From Planctomycetota bacterium (GTDB lineage: Bacteria > Planctomycetota > UBA1135 > UBA2386), in assembly GCA_021776805.1 (NCBI GenBank), contig JAJFFD010000088.1:1-64000 (forward strand): a stretch of DNA of 64,000 nucleotides, written 5' to 3'. Positions 39,438-49,964 of the stretch are shown piece after piece. The notes under the pieces were generated by a model, which saw only the letters and a list, made by a program, of their open reading frames with translations, was not told the origin of the DNA and did not search any database. A program made the position numbers and the translations under genes. Each line of letters starts with the position of its first letter. The first letter of the stretch is position 1.

Positions 39438-40163
39438 ATGAACTCCAGACATCTCGTCCGAGACTTCCGCAGGGAATTCGCACAAGCCGGCTCGGCTGCC
39501 CGGGCGGAAGGCGAGAAGCGCTATCTCAAGAGCCAGCTGGCATTCCATGGGGTGAGCGTGCCCTTTATTCGTAAGGCCGCTCGCGGCTTCTATCGTGAGC
39601 ATCCCGAGCTGACTCACGATGAGCTTTTCGACCTATGTCACCAGCTCTGGGCCGCTGGCTACCACGACCTTCGCACCCTCGCCATCGCCCTCCTGGAGCA
39701 GTACAAGGCGCTGCTGCGCTTTGCGGACCACAAGCCTCTAGAAGAGATGCTCCGGCAGGCTGGCACCTGGGCTCATGTGGACTTCCTTGCCACGCGAATT
39801 GCTGGCGCCCTCTACGAGCGCTTCAAGGGCATGACTAGAGTCATCAGGCGATGGGCTCGAGACGAAGATTTTTGGATCCGTAGGTCAGCCTTGCTCAGCT
39901 TGCATGACAGCCTGCGGGCAGGAGACGGCGACTTCGCTCTCTTCGAAGAAATGGCCGAAACCATGCTCGCGGAACGCGAGTTCTTCATTCGCAAGGCCAT
40001 TGGCTGGGTGCTACGGGCGAGCAGCGAAAAGCGGCCAGAACTCAGCGAGGACTTCCTCCGCCGGCACATCGCCGCGGTGTCTGGATTGACTCTGCGAGAA
40101 GGCGCCAAGCGACTGGATCCAGAGACCCGCAAGCAATTGCTGGCCGTGCACAAGCAGGCCTGA
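39438..40163 (+). CDS. DNA alkylation repair protein (AlkD/AlkC-like HEAT-repeat glycosylase family)
   Basis: Start at MNSRHLVRDF (atg at 39438 verified). Family-typical motifs: RAEGEKRYLKSQLAFHGVSVPFIRK; FWIRRSALLSL; FFIRKAIGWVLR. Confidence 0.8.
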   Translation: MNSRHLVRDFRREFAQAGSAARAEGEKRYLKSQLAFHGVSVPFIRKAARGFYREHPELTHDELFDLCHQLWAAGYHDLRTLAIALLEQYKALLRFADHKPLEEMLRQAGTWAHVDFLATRIAGALYERFKGMTRVIRRWARDEDFWIRRSALLSLHDSLRAGDGDFALFEEMAETMLAEREFFIRKAIGWVLRASSEKRPELSEDFLRRHIAAVSGLTLREGAKRLDPETRKQLLAVHKQA

Positions 40164-40170
40164 TTAGCGC

Positions 40171-41046
40171 CTAATTGCTCTTGGCCGTGCCCCTTCGCCA
40201 AGCGAGGTAAGTCTGCATCATGGCCGGGATGTCGTACTTCGTGGCCCGTACACGAGCGATGATTTCCGCCTTGGCCTCATTTCCGGCCAGCGCCTCATAC
40301 CAAGCGATAGCCATGAGCTTGTTGCCTAACTCATTTGGGTGCAGCCCGTCTTCAGCAAAGGACTCGGGGAAGGTCTCATAGCTGATCTGCCAAAGATCCG
40401 GTCCCGCGTAGATGTATCCATGCCCCCGCTCGATGAGTCTGCGGAGAGCAATGCGTTCGTTTCCAACTTCCGGCTCCACGGGTTTCTTGTAGATGTGCAT
40501 GGCGATGTGGACTTGCTCCAAGCCGAAGCTCCTGAGCCTCGCCGCCATGAATTCCATGTCATCCGCGCCGCGCTCCGCTCCCACCATGTCGTACTCGGTA
40601 CTGACCGGTCCTCTGGGAAAGCCGTGCGTGTATTGGAGCGATTGCTGGCAGATGGCGATGGTCGGCTCTGGCGCAGCAGATCGAAGCTTTGCGTCTTCTC
40701 CCCAAAAATCACGCAGCATGGCCCCAATCGTGCGCTCGTATTCGCGCTGTCCCGGGGCTTCGATCCACATCTGCACCGGTGCTCCGCCTTGAACCGCATT
40801 GAGGATGTGATAGCGGCGCTCACCGCCCACGTGCAAGTCCAACATCTCCTGGAGAATCTCAGGCCAGGCATAGGAAGTGGAATAGCCAACGACCACAAGC
40901 GACTTCTCCTGGCCGTCGAGAACATGGCCATCCACTGATCGAGGGAAGGATCCGCTCGCATTCGAGGCCGGCTCCTCCGGGCGCGGATGGGCGCAGGCGG
41001 ACGCAAGCAGGAGGCTCGTGCAGAGAGCTAGGTATGGGGATCGCAT
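40171..41046 (-). CDS. SGNH/GDSL-like hydrolase lipoprotein
   Basis: Start at MRSPYLALCTSLLLASACA. C-terminal DGLHPN (the DxxH catalytic dyad of the SGNH fold). Confidence 0.5.
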   Translation of the reverse strand: MRSPYLALCTSLLLASACAHPRPEEPASNASGSFPRSVDGHVLDGQEKSLVVVGYSTSYAWPEILQEMLDLHVGGERRYHILNAVQGGAPVQMWIEAPGQREYERTIGAMLRDFWGEDAKLRSAAPEPTIAICQQSLQYTHGFPRGPVSTEYDMVGAERGADDMEFMAARLRSFGLEQVHIAMHIYKKPVEPEVGNERIALRRLIERGHGYIYAGPDLWQISYETFPESFAEDGLHPNELGNKLMAIAWYEALAGNEAKAEIIARVRATKYDIPAMMQTYLAWRRGTAKSN

Positions 41047-41216
41047 CGTATTCCTCCTAGAGAGCGTCGTTGCGCGGCAAGGCGTCTGCTCCCCGAGTCT
41101 AGCCCTCTGAAGGCCCGCAGGCATGCAAGCGACAGAATTGCTCTGGAAGAAATGCCGAGAGGAATACTCAGGCCCTATTGCGAAGGCCACTTGCAGACTA
41201 CTCTCCGCATCTGGTC

Positions 41217-42173
41217 ATGATCCGATACCACCTAGCAATCGCCCTGTCCTTCGCCGCAGCCCTGTCTCCGGACCTGCTCGCGCAGGCAACCAGCACTGGA
41301 GCTGACGACGATGTGCCTCCAGCCATCAAGCTCTACCGCCAGGCGCTCGCGGATGCAGTTGCGCGTGCCCGTGAGTCGGTCGAAGCCAAGCAGAGTTTGA
41401 GAATCGATCACTCAAACTGGGCCGATCCCTGGCGCATCAAGCGGGATCAGATCGAAGTCGTAACCACACAGAGTTATGGCATCGGCCTGGCCACCGCCAA
41501 GGGTCAGGAAGCCATGCTGCAAGCCATGACGGATCTACTCAGCCCGGACTTTGAGGCAAGCCAACCCTTCGTGGTCATGATTGCTCCTGACCTGGGTATG
41601 TACAACAGTCTCAATGGCAACGCCGATGGCAGATCATCCATCTACGGCAGCTACTACAACGCGGGAATTGCGGAACTCCCCGTGGTCACCTACCAGCAGC
41701 AGAATCCAACCCTGCTGCAAATGTACATCACGCACGGTCTGAGCAACGCCTTTGTCCGGCGCGCATTCAACAATCAGAATATCCCAGCTTGGATCGACGA
41801 AGGCCTGGGCAGTTACTTTTCGCTCTGGTGGTCAAAGACCTGGGGACCTGCCGAGCTGAAGCGGATCATTGCCGAGGGTCAGTACATCCCGCTGCAACAA
41901 CTGCTGAGCGATCCCATTACCAGTTACACGCCGGCTGATACCCACCAGAGGTTCATCGAGTTGGGAATGCTCTTCACCTACCTGCTCCACCACTGCGAGG
42001 ATACGCGATCGGAATGGGTCGACGAGGAATGGGCGCCAGGTGGGTTCGCCAAGTTCTTACGTCAGCGTTTGAGCGGTGAAGGTGAAGGCGACGAACTTAC
42101 CGCTCAACTCCTGAGCAGGGATCTCGCAACTCTCGAAGCAGAGTTTCGCGCCTTCGATTTCGAAGGCAACTAG
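41217..42173 (+). CDS. Secreted hypothetical protein (DUF1570 / peptidase-MA-like candidate)
   Basis: Signal peptide (MIRYHLAIALSFAAALS). Conserved-looking HGLSNAF...WIDEGLGSYF segment reminiscent of degenerate HExxH...EGxAxY peptidase-like domains. Weak call. Confidence 0.45.
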   Translation: MIRYHLAIALSFAAALSPDLLAQATSTGADDDVPPAIKLYRQALADAVARARESVEAKQSLRIDHSNWADPWRIKRDQIEVVTTQSYGIGLATAKGQEAMLQAMTDLLSPDFEASQPFVVMIAPDLGMYNSLNGNADGRSSIYGSYYNAGIAELPVVTYQQQNPTLLQMYITHGLSNAFVRRAFNNQNIPAWIDEGLGSYFSLWWSKTWGPAELKRIIAEGQYIPLQQLLSDPITSYTPADTHQRFIELGMLFTYLLHHCEDTRSEWVDEEWAPGGFAKFLRQRLSGEGEGDELTAQLLSRDLATLEAEFRAFDFEGN

Positions 42174-42206
42174 TCAGGAAACAGCTGATTCGGAGACAGC
42201 CGCAGC

Positions 42207-44567
42207 TCAGTCTCTGAGGTTGTTCAACCAGCCGACAACCCGCGAGTCATTGCCACCGAGAGCTTGATAGGCCTCGAAGTGAGGGCGCGCCAAGGCAGGA
42301 TCCTCACTGAAGTCCATCAGGTAGATTGCCAGGCATAGCCTGGCATAGGCATCGCCAGGATCGCGATCGACAGCAGACTGGAAGCGCGTGCCTGCCCGCT
42401 CGTACTTGCCCTGGGAAAACAAGACCAGGCCGAGCTGTAGGAGCGCCTTGGCATTGGCCCCATCGACGCTCAAGGCGGAGTTGTATGCCTGTGTCGCCTC
42501 ATCCAGGTTGCCGGCATCCTGATGCAACAAGCCGAGGAGAATCCACGCCTGGGCATCCTGTGTATTGGCCAGTCCCTTTTCCAGGGAGCGGATCGCCTCG
42601 CCCCGGTTGCCGGTGCCCTGGAGGGCAGCACCTCGGAGGATGTGCAGCGGGCCAGCATTGGGATGGAGCTGGATAGCAGGATCGAGAATGAGCATTGCGT
42701 CTTCATGGCGACCCTGGCTGATCAACATGGAAGCCAAGGCACCCTGGGCGACAATGGCGCGCACCGCGTCGAGATCGATGGCTTGCTTGAGCTGGGTCTC
42801 GGCCTTGCCCATGTCGCCAACACGGAGGTACGCCTCTCCAAGGTCCGAAACCGCTTCCCATGAACTCGGATCTCTCCGCTTTGCCTCGATAAACGACTCG
42901 ATGGCGGGCTCTTTGCTACCGAGAGCGATCTGACACCTACCCAGGTATAGATACTCGCGCGAACCGGCATTCGCTGCCTGGCTGCCAGCTGATAGCAGGG
43001 GCTCAGCGCCGTCATAGTCCTGGCGCTCATAGGCGATTGCACCCAAGCCACCTTCAGCGCTGACCGCAGCATTTGCCAGGGCGGAAACTGCCTCGAACTG
43101 CAGCTCGGCCGCCTCCATGTCGCCAACTGCAAATTCCACCCAGCCAAGCTCGAGTCGCGCTTCGGCGTAGTCAGGATCAAGCTCCAGGGCCTCTTCGAGG
43201 TCCTTGCGTGCGAGACTGATGTCCTCCTCTCTGCCCAAATTGATGCGAGCTGAGAGAAGGTTGGCTTCCGAATCCGCCACTGGCGATTCCTTCGCCGCCG
43301 AGATCTTCATCAGGGCGTTTACATAGCGCTGCTGGCCGAACTCTGCGCGTGCTTCGGCGAGAAGATTCAGATACCTCGTATCCTCCGCGGTCCGCTCTTC
43401 CGCGGACTTCATGCTGACCCGCGGGTATTGGTTCCCTGCAAGCGACCCACCAAACTGGAAGACCGCCCAGATCAAGGCCCCCAGCAGAACGAAGGCAGCG
43501 ATGGCGACCAAGAGGCCCCGGCGTTTCGGCGCATCCTCCGCAGCCGATGAGTTTGGCGAGCGGCTCACCTTGATCGCTGATTGACTGCTCGTCGAGCGAT
43601 TCTGCTTGCTGATCTTTCCGAAGTCGACCCCGTCAAGATCGATGATCATCTGGGTTGCCGACTGATAACGGTCAGCCTTGCGCTTCTGCATCGCCCGATC
43701 CAAGACCTGAACCAGGCCTACCGGGATCTTGAGTTCCGGTCGGGCGTCGGCAAGCGAAGGCGCTTCTTGCGAAGTGCTCTTCACCATGGTTTCGGTGATC
43801 GTGCTGCCGCGGAAGGGGTGATGGCAGGACAGCATCTCGTAGAGGATCAGCCCGGCCGAATACAGGTCACTGCGCCCATCCACATCGCCGCCGGCCCATT
43901 GTTCGGGAGACATGTACAGTGGTGTCCCCATGATCCGGCCAGTCTGTGTCTGTAGACTCGCTTCGAGTGGACGGTCGACCAGCTTGGAGAGCCCAAAGTC
44001 CAGCACCTTTACGGTCAGCTCGCCGGCGGCATTCTCCACGATCATGATGTTGTCCGGCTTGAGATCGCGGTGCACGATGCCCTGGGCATGGGCTTCGGCC
44101 AGGGTGCTCAGGACCTGCCGAATCAGGCGAACCGCCACCAAAGGGCTGAGCGGTCCAGACTCGCCGAGATAGACCTTCAGGTTCTGCCCTTCACAGAACT
44201 CGAGGGCAAGGTAGATGTGCTTCCCCTCCGCCCGATCGAAGTCAAAAATCTGAATCGCGTTGGGATGGTTGAAGCTGCCAGCCGCGATCCCTTCTCGTTG
44301 GAAGCGCTTGAGGGACTCATCGCTCACGTGCAGATCCGGATGCAGGATCTTCAGGGCCACCTTCTTCTTGAGCCCCAGGTGCTCCCCCAGGTACACAGTG
44401 CCCATGCTGCCCGAGCCCAACTCTGAAATGATGCGGTACTTGCCACTCAATGTTTGCCCGAGCAGGGTGTCTCCCTGCTCCGCCTGTGGACCCATCTGAG
44501 TTCCGCAGCTCGGGCAGAACTTCACATCGTCATCAGGTTGGTGTCCGCAATTGATGCAGGTGGACAT
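42207..44567 (-). CDS. Ser/Thr protein kinase with N-terminal zinc-ribbon, one TM and extracytoplasmic TPR repeats
   Basis: CINCGH...CPSCG zinc ribbon. Hanks kinase motifs (GSGSMGTVY; VALK; [10 protein letters not shown]; DFGLSK; SPEQ). TM ([19 protein letters not shown]). ~400 aa of TPR repeats. Confidence 0.9.
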   Translation of the reverse strand: MSTCINCGHQPDDDVKFCPSCGTQMGPQAEQGDTLLGQTLSGKYRIISELGSGSMGTVYLGEHLGLKKKVALKILHPDLHVSDESLKRFQREGIAAGSFNHPNAIQIFDFDRAEGKHIYLALEFCEGQNLKVYLGESGPLSPLVAVRLIRQVLSTLAEAHAQGIVHRDLKPDNIMIVENAAGELTVKVLDFGLSKLVDRPLEASLQTQTGRIMGTPLYMSPEQWAGGDVDGRSDLYSAGLILYEMLSCHHPFRGSTITETMVKSTSQEAPSLADARPELKIPVGLVQVLDRAMQKRKADRYQSATQMIIDLDGVDFGKISKQNRSTSSQSAIKVSRSPNSSAAEDAPKRRGLLVAIAAFVLLGALIWAVFQFGGSLAGNQYPRVSMKSAEERTAEDTRYLNLLAEARAEFGQQRYVNALMKISAAKESPVADSEANLLSARINLGREEDISLARKDLEEALELDPDYAEARLELGWVEFAVGDMEAAELQFEAVSALANAAVSAEGGLGAIAYERQDYDGAEPLLSAGSQAANAGSREYLYLGRCQIALGSKEPAIESFIEAKRRDPSSWEAVSDLGEAYLRVGDMGKAETQLKQAIDLDAVRAIVAQGALASMLISQGRHEDAMLILDPAIQLHPNAGPLHILRGAALQGTGNRGEAIRSLEKGLANTQDAQAWILLGLLHQDAGNLDEATQAYNSALSVDGANAKALLQLGLVLFSQGKYERAGTRFQSAVDRDPGDAYARLCLAIYLMDFSEDPALARPHFEAYQALGGNDSRVVGWLNNLRD

Positions 44568-44674
44568 GCTGGCAGTATCGCCACCCACAGGGAATCATTC
44601 CCAAATGGCCGGCCTCGGGGGGTAGACGCAAGGCCAGAGTCTATCGTCGCGGCCGATGCAAAAAAGGTGGCTCC

Positions 44675-45733
44675 CTAGGCGATTGCGGAGCAGATTGCCT
44701 CACCAACCTGTGCCGTTCCCAGGGCATCTGCAGGCCCGCAGAGGTCCCCGGTCAGGATGCGCTTGGAAAGTGTCGAATCCACCGCCTTCTCCACCGCAAC
44801 AGCCTCGGTCTCGAGCCCCAAAGCATGCCTCAGGAGCATGGCCGCGGTCAGCACTGCGCCCATGGGATTGCAGACACCCTTGCCTGCAAGATCAGGTGCG
44901 GAACCATGCACTGGTTCAAAAAGCCCGGGTTTGGCGGCTCCCAAGGAGGCGGAGGGCAGCATGCCTAGAGAGCCGGTGAGGACGGAAGCCTCATCGGTGA
45001 GGACGTCTCCGAAGAGGTTTTCCGTCACGATCACATCAAAATCCCTGGGTCGCTGCAGAAGGTGCATGGCAGCCGCATCAACCAGCAGGTGCTCGACCTC
45101 GAGATCATGATACTCCTCTGCCAAGAGACGGCTGCAGACCTCGCGCCACAAGCCAGAGGTGGCCATAACATTGGCCTTGTCGATCGAGGTGATCTTCCCC
45201 CGCCGTTTACGGGCCAAGTCAGCCGCAACTCGCAGCACTCGCTGAATCTCTGCTGCGCTGTATTCGCATAGATCGCTGGCTCGGTCGACCTCCCTCTCCT
45301 TGGCGCCGAAATAGATCCCCCCGGTCAACTCGCGTACAAAAAGGATGTCGACGCCGGCGAGGTACTCCGGCTTGATCGGTGACAGATCGAGCACCGCCTG
45401 AGCTGGCACGATGGGGCGTAGGTTCGCGAACAGACCAAAGTGCTTGCGGATCCCCAGAAGACCGCTCTCGGGTCGTGGTTTTCCCTCTGCCCCTGAGTAT
45501 CGCGGGTCACCGATAGCACCCAGGAGAATCGCATCAGAGGCTGCGCAGAGGTCGAGAGTTGTCTGCGGCAGAGGCTCGGCCCCAGCATCCAGGGCGGCCG
45601 CGCCGATCAATGCCTCCTCGACCACTAACTCGTGCCCATACAGGTCAGCGACGCGCTGCAGCGCGGCGACAGCCACGGCGATAACTTCGGGACCAATCCC
45701 GTCACCTGGGAGACAAGCGATTTTGATTTGCAT
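44675..45733 (-). CDS. leuB: 3-isopropylmalate dehydrogenase
   Basis: MQIKIACLPGDGIGPEV start. The NLFGDVLTDEAS signature of the IDH/IMDH family. Full-length similarity to LeuB. Confidence 0.9.
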   Translation of the reverse strand: MQIKIACLPGDGIGPEVIAVAVAALQRVADLYGHELVVEEALIGAAALDAGAEPLPQTTLDLCAASDAILLGAIGDPRYSGAEGKPRPESGLLGIRKHFGLFANLRPIVPAQAVLDLSPIKPEYLAGVDILFVRELTGGIYFGAKEREVDRASDLCEYSAAEIQRVLRVAADLARKRRGKITSIDKANVMATSGLWREVCSRLLAEEYHDLEVEHLLVDAAAMHLLQRPRDFDVIVTENLFGDVLTDEASVLTGSLGMLPSASLGAAKPGLFEPVHGSAPDLAGKGVCNPMGAVLTAAMLLRHALGLETEAVAVEKAVDSTLSKRILTGDLCGPADALGTAQVGEAICSAIA

Positions 45734-46895
45734 GGTCTGATGGGCTGGCAAATACGGTCATGAAGTAAAGCCATACTGCGCCGACACAGTAGAGAGGATA
45801 ATAGCTGACGAAGCCACGTAGACCTTCGGAGCTGATCCAGGTCAGGTCATGAGTTGGCAGGCAGAACAAGAGGCAAAGGGGCAGGATGCGCCAGGTACCC
45901 CGTTGGCTGAGACAAGCCGCGATGGCTGCGGGGATAAGCAGGAGATAGGAGTAGTCCTTGAAGCGCGGCAAGATCAGGGCGTAGGTCAGAGAGGCCGTGA
46001 GAATCGCCGCTAACCGATCTTTGGGCAACTTGATCCATACACGCCTGGCGCCGGTCAAGAAGACCAGGCAGGCACCCAAAAGGTAGAGCAACCAGCGGAG
46101 CCAAGATTCCGGAGCAGCTAACTCAGGGCCCGCAAAAAAGTGCAGAAGACTACCCCAGAATGCAAAGGAACATGGATTGATGGAGCCGCGTTCATCACGA
46201 ATCCCCATGGAGTCCATGTATGAATCCATGAGACCTGCAGAGAGTACATAGTGCAGAGCTATGGCAAGCAGCATGGCCCCGGCTGCCAAGTCAAGTCCGC
46301 GTGGCCGCCCGGATCCATCCTTGCAGAACACAAGCAGCAGCAGGGCAAGCGGCAGAAGTTTGAAGCTCGCGGCCAGAAGAATGTAGAGCACGAAGCTGAG
46401 CGCCTTGCCGCGCATGAAGTTGGTCAGGCCCAACCAGATCAAGAGTTGCTCGAAGACAGCCAGATTGCCCGAGCGCAGATCCACTTGGGCCGCGCCGGCA
46501 AAGGCGAGGGGAATCATGACCAGCAGGGCGAGGCCAGCGCCTGGCCAGGGCAAGACTCGCCCCCAGAGCAGCAACAGGGCGCCATAGGCCAGGACCTTTA
46601 GAGCCAGAAAGACCAGACTCGCTGTCTCGTAGTCGAGCCAAAGGAAGGGGCGGAAGGCAAAGAGCGTCGCTGGTGGATAGGTGTAGGGATACACGATCGC
46701 ATCCCCGGCAATCTCGCTCAGCACATTCAGGTCATAGGGGTCCGCAGCCTGTCGATGCGCCTCGGCTGCAGTGTAGTAGCTGCGAAAGTCCCATAGTGTG
46801 TCCCCCGACTGCAGCCAGACCTCACGCCCCACATAGGTGAAGAGCAACAGCAGGAGGGCGCCAGCTATCCCGATGGGCGCTGAGGAAGAGGGCAT
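45702..46895 (-). CDS. Polytopic membrane protein, DUF2029 (GT87-like glycosyltransferase) candidate
   Basis: ~11 TM helices. N-terminal DFRSYYTAAEAHRQAADPYD segment typical of DUF2029. Weak family call. Confidence 0.45.
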   Translation of the reverse strand: MPSSSAPIGIAGALLLLLFTYVGREVWLQSGDTLWDFRSYYTAAEAHRQAADPYDLNVLSEIAGDAIVYPYTYPPATLFAFRPFLWLDYETASLVFLALKVLAYGALLLLWGRVLPWPGAGLALLVMIPLAFAGAAQVDLRSGNLAVFEQLLIWLGLTNFMRGKALSFVLYILLAASFKLLPLALLLLVFCKDGSGRPRGLDLAAGAMLLAIALHYVLSAGLMDSYMDSMGIRDERGSINPCSFAFWGSLLHFFAGPELAAPESWLRWLLYLLGACLVFLTGARRVWIKLPKDRLAAILTASLTYALILPRFKDYSYLLLIPAAIAACLSQRGTWRILPLCLLFCLPTHDLTWISSEGLRGFVSYYPLYCVGAVWLYFMTVFASPSDHANQNRLSPR

Positions 46896-46922
46896 GTATG
46901 GACTGGACTCCCTTACCTAGCG

Positions 46923-47888
46923 TCAGGTGGGAATGCCACCCCCCAGAATGATCTGCAGCTTTTCCAGATCCAGGTTTCCGCCTGAAACAATGCAAACGAT
47001 CTTCCCGCCCTCAGCGGCACCGGTGAGGGCCGCGGCGACGGAGGCCGCGCCGGCTCCCTCGGCGATTACGCGATTGCGTTCAGCCAACATGCGGATGGCA
47101 GCGCAAATCTGCTCGACGCTCACCACGATCGAACTCGCAATCAGCCGATGCACCAGGGGCCAGATCTCCCTGAGCACGGCCTTGGCGCTGATCCCATCGA
47201 TGAAGCTCCTTTCGAAGGGCACCTCAATTGGTTCACCAGCTGCCAGTGATGCTCGGAGTGGAGCCGCAAGCTCGAGTTCCGCTGCGTGCACCTTGACTTC
47301 GGGCTTGAGTGCCGCCATGGCCGAAGCGATTCCCGAACTGAGGCCGCCGCCGCCGTAGGGCGCGATAATCGCATCCACATCGGGCAAGTCCTCGAGAATC
47401 TCGAGCCCTATGGTGCCGTTGCCTGCAACCACCGCCCGGTTGCAGACCGGGTGGATGAAGTAGCCATCGAGCCCCGCATAACGGTGTTCCTCGATTACCT
47501 TCCACCACTCGTCCCAGGGTACTTTGATGCTTCTCCCGCCGAGGCGCTCAATGGCCGCCAGTTTGTTTGCTGGCGCATGATCGGGAACCACCACGCTACA
47601 TGCCAAACCGAGCTCCTTCGCTACCCAGGCGACTCCCTGGGCCATGTTGCCTGCGCTCGCAGTATAGACGCCGTCGGCGAGATCCGATGCGCTCGCCATC
47701 CCCATGGCGTTGCCTGCGCCGCGGAGTTTGAAGGAGCCGATGGGCTGAAGGTTCTCGAGCTTGAGGTAGATCTCCGCCGACCCAGCATCGTGATTGAGTC
47801 GAATGAGTGGACTGCGAATGGCCAGTCCGGCAATTCGCTCCTGGGCGGCACGAATCTCGTCGATCGATATGGACTCAATCATTTCCAT
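46923..47888 (-). CDS. PLP-dependent serine/threonine dehydratase-family enzyme (fold-type II)
   Basis: Start at MEMIESI. Lys-PLP motif SFKLRGA and glycine-rich loop VVAGNGTIG...APYGGGG. The long 5-prime extension in the track ORF overlaps the upstream gene and is rejected. Confidence 0.8.
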   Translation of the reverse strand: MEMIESISIDEIRAAQERIAGLAIRSPLIRLNHDAGSAEIYLKLENLQPIGSFKLRGAGNAMGMASASDLADGVYTASAGNMAQGVAWVAKELGLACSVVVPDHAPANKLAAIERLGGRSIKVPWDEWWKVIEEHRYAGLDGYFIHPVCNRAVVAGNGTIGLEILEDLPDVDAIIAPYGGGGLSSGIASAMAALKPEVKVHAAELELAAPLRASLAAGEPIEVPFERSFIDGISAKAVLREIWPLVHRLIASSIVVSVEQICAAIRMLAERNRVIAEGAGAASVAAALTGAAEGGKIVCIVSGGNLDLEKLQIILGGGIPT

Positions 47889-48885
47889 CGGGAGCCTCGC
47901 TGAAATCCAAAAGGGAGCCGATACCCTGCAGCCGGGCTTGGTCATTGATGTATCTGGCAGCAGCGAGATCTTCGACACCGATCCCCAGAGACTTGAAGAA
48001 GGTGATGTCCGCCTCGTCTTTCCTCCCCTCGACTCTCCCGAGTAGTAAATCTCCGATCTCGCCCTGCAGATGATCCTCGCCGATCGCCCCTTCCTGCTTA
48101 GCAAGCAGAAAGTCGCCGGCTTCATTATGCAGGGACTCACGGCGATCCGTGAAGAGCAGGCTACGAGCGAGAGCGGCAGAATCGAACTCCCGCGCATGGG
48201 GAACGCAGGCACCCACTGCATTGACGTGAGTGCCCGGGAACAGCCACTCTCCTCTGATGATTGCTTCTTTGGCAGAAGTGGTTGTGCAGATGATATCCGC
48301 TCTATGCAAGGCCTCCGCAGCGTCATCGCAGACCTTGAACTCAAGCTCCGAATCATCTCGCGCCTGATCAACGAAGGCCTGGGCACGTTCCGCCGTCTTG
48401 CTCCAAACCCGAACCGATTCAATTTCACGCACGCAACAAATCGCCTCCAAATGGGTTCTAGCCTGAATACCGGAGCCAATCAGGGCCAGAGTCCTGGCAT
48501 CCTCCCGCGCCAGCAGCCTGGTGGCCAAGGCAGAAGCGGCAGCAGTGCGGATGGCGGTGATTTCACTGCCGTCCATGACCGCGATCGGACAACCGTGCTC
48601 GCCTTCATAGAGAACGACTACACCTTGGTGGGCATCGTAGGCCGTGCCGTGGTTGCCGGGAAAGACGCTGACCGCCTTCACTGCATGCATGTCGATGTCG
48701 CCAAGGTAGGCGGGCATTAGACCGAACATGCCCTTGCCGCTCGAGAGGCGCATGGCAGTACGCAGGGGCTGATCCCCCCTGCCTTCAGCCAGCACTCGCA
48801 ATGCCGACTCGACAACTTCGATGCAGGCCTCCATTCCGAGGAGTTCCCGCACCTCCTTGTGATTGACGAGGAGGAGCTTCATGCT
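47875..48885 (-). CDS. Ornithine cyclodeaminase/mu-crystallin family (candidate delta1-pyrroline-2-carboxylate reductase)
   Basis: OCD/mu-crystallin fold. Rossmann LALIGSGIQARTHLEA. Confidence 0.85.
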   Translation of the reverse strand, partial: SMKLLLVNHKEVRELLGMEACIEVVESALRVLAEGRGDQPLRTAMRLSSGKGMFGLMPAYLGDIDMHAVKAVSVFPGNHGTAYDAHQGVVVLYEGEHGCPIAVMDGSEITAIRTAAASALATRLLAREDARTLALIGSGIQARTHLEAICCVREIESVRVWSKTAERAQAFVDQARDDSELEFKVCDDAAEALHRADIICTTTSAKEAIIRGEWLFPGTHVNAVGACVPHAREFDSAALARSLLFTDRRESLHNEAGDFLLAKQEGAIGEDHLQGEIGDLLLGRVEGRKDEADITFFKSLGIGVEDLAAARYINDQARLQGIGSLLDFSEAPDGND

Positions 48886-48932
48886 CATCAAACTAGCGCG
48901 AACTATGCGCAGTACGCATAGAAAGTAGCAGC

Positions 48933-49964
48933 ATGAAGCAGAGCGATTGGCGAGTTCCCCCGGACTGGCGGCGTTTTCGTTGCATTGATGCCCATACTGC
49001 CGGTGAGCCTTTGCGCGTGATCACCAGTGACTTGGGTGAAATACCTGGCGATGACATGCTGGCAAAGCGCGCTTACCTGCGCGAGCACATGGATGAGCTC
49101 AGACGCATTCTCATGTGGGAGCCTCGGGGCCACGCTGACATGTACGGCTGTATCCTCACTCAAGCAGTCTCCTCCGACGGCGACATCGGAGTTTTGTTCT
49201 TGCACAACGAAGGCTTCAGCACCATGTGTGGCCACGGCATCATCGGCCTCGTCAAGGTGGGCTTGGATTGTGGGCTCCTCGAGAACGTTGATCCGCAGAA
49301 CATCCGAATTGATACTCCAGCCGGTCGTGTCTGCGCTCGCGCCGAACTGATCTCAGGCCAGGTTGCGAGAGTCGAGTTCGACAATGTTCCGTCCTTCTGC
49401 CTCGCCCGCGGAGAAGCCGTCGAGATTCCAGGACTTGGCCGCCTGCAGTACGACCTGGCCTTCGGCGGCGCCTACTACGCTTTTGTGTCGGCCTCAGCAT
49501 GCGGTCTCCAACTGCTGCCGGCTTATTCAGCTGAAATCATCGCCAAGGGAATGGCGATCAAGAGGGCCATTCAGGGGAAGGGCGAGATCCTGCATCCCTT
49601 TCCAGGGGCTGATCTGGGTTACCTCTACGGAGTGATCTTCACTGGCCCCGCCGCTATGGACGCTCACAGCCGGCAGGTCTGCATCTTTGCCGATGGCGAA
49701 CTCGATCGATCCCCCACCGGCACTGGAGTAAGCGCCCGGGCGGCCATTCTCCATGGGAGAAAGGAGCTAGCCCTCGGTAAAAGCATCGTCATCGAGAGCA
49801 TCCTCGGGACGAGCTTTCAGGTCGCAATCGCAAGGAGCGAGGAACGACGGGGAATCGATTGCATCGTCCCGCGAGTCGCGGGGCGGGCCTATGTCACTGG
49901 CCTTCAGGAGTTCCTTGTGGATCCGCAGGACCCTCTTGGCGGAGGTTTCTTCCTGGGGCGTTAG
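48933..49964 (+). CDS. Proline racemase-family enzyme of Cys/Thr type (candidate trans-3-hydroxy-L-proline dehydratase)
   Basis: First catalytic Cys retained (FSTMCGHGIIG). Second catalytic position is Thr in the DRSPTGTG motif instead of SPCGT. Confidence 0.8.
   Translation: MKQSDWRVPPDWRRFRCIDAHTAGEPLRVITSDLGEIPGDDMLAKRAYLREHMDELRRILMWEPRGHADMYGCILTQAVSSDGDIGVLFLHNEGFSTMCGHGIIGLVKVGLDCGLLENVDPQNIRIDTPAGRVCARAELISGQVARVEFDNVPSFCLARGEAVEIPGLGRLQYDLAFGGAYYAFVSASACGLQLLPAYSAEIIAKGMAIKRAIQGKGEILHPFPGADLGYLYGVIFTGPAAMDAHSRQVCIFADGELDRSPTGTGVSARAAILHGRKELALGKSIVIESILGTSFQVAIARSEERRGIDCIVPRVAGRAYVTGLQEFLVDPQDPLGGGFFLGR

Noticed and set aside
40326-41006. Alternative-frame ORFs (40326..41006 -, 40339..40938 +) within the SGNH-like gene
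   Set aside because: Arg/Ser-rich translations. The SGNH-like frame carries the lipoprotein signal and the DGLHPN motif.
47889-48479. 5-prime extension of the dehydratase ORF (46923..48479)
   Set aside because: Overlaps the OCD-family gene in another frame. The PLP-enzyme homology begins at MEMIESI.
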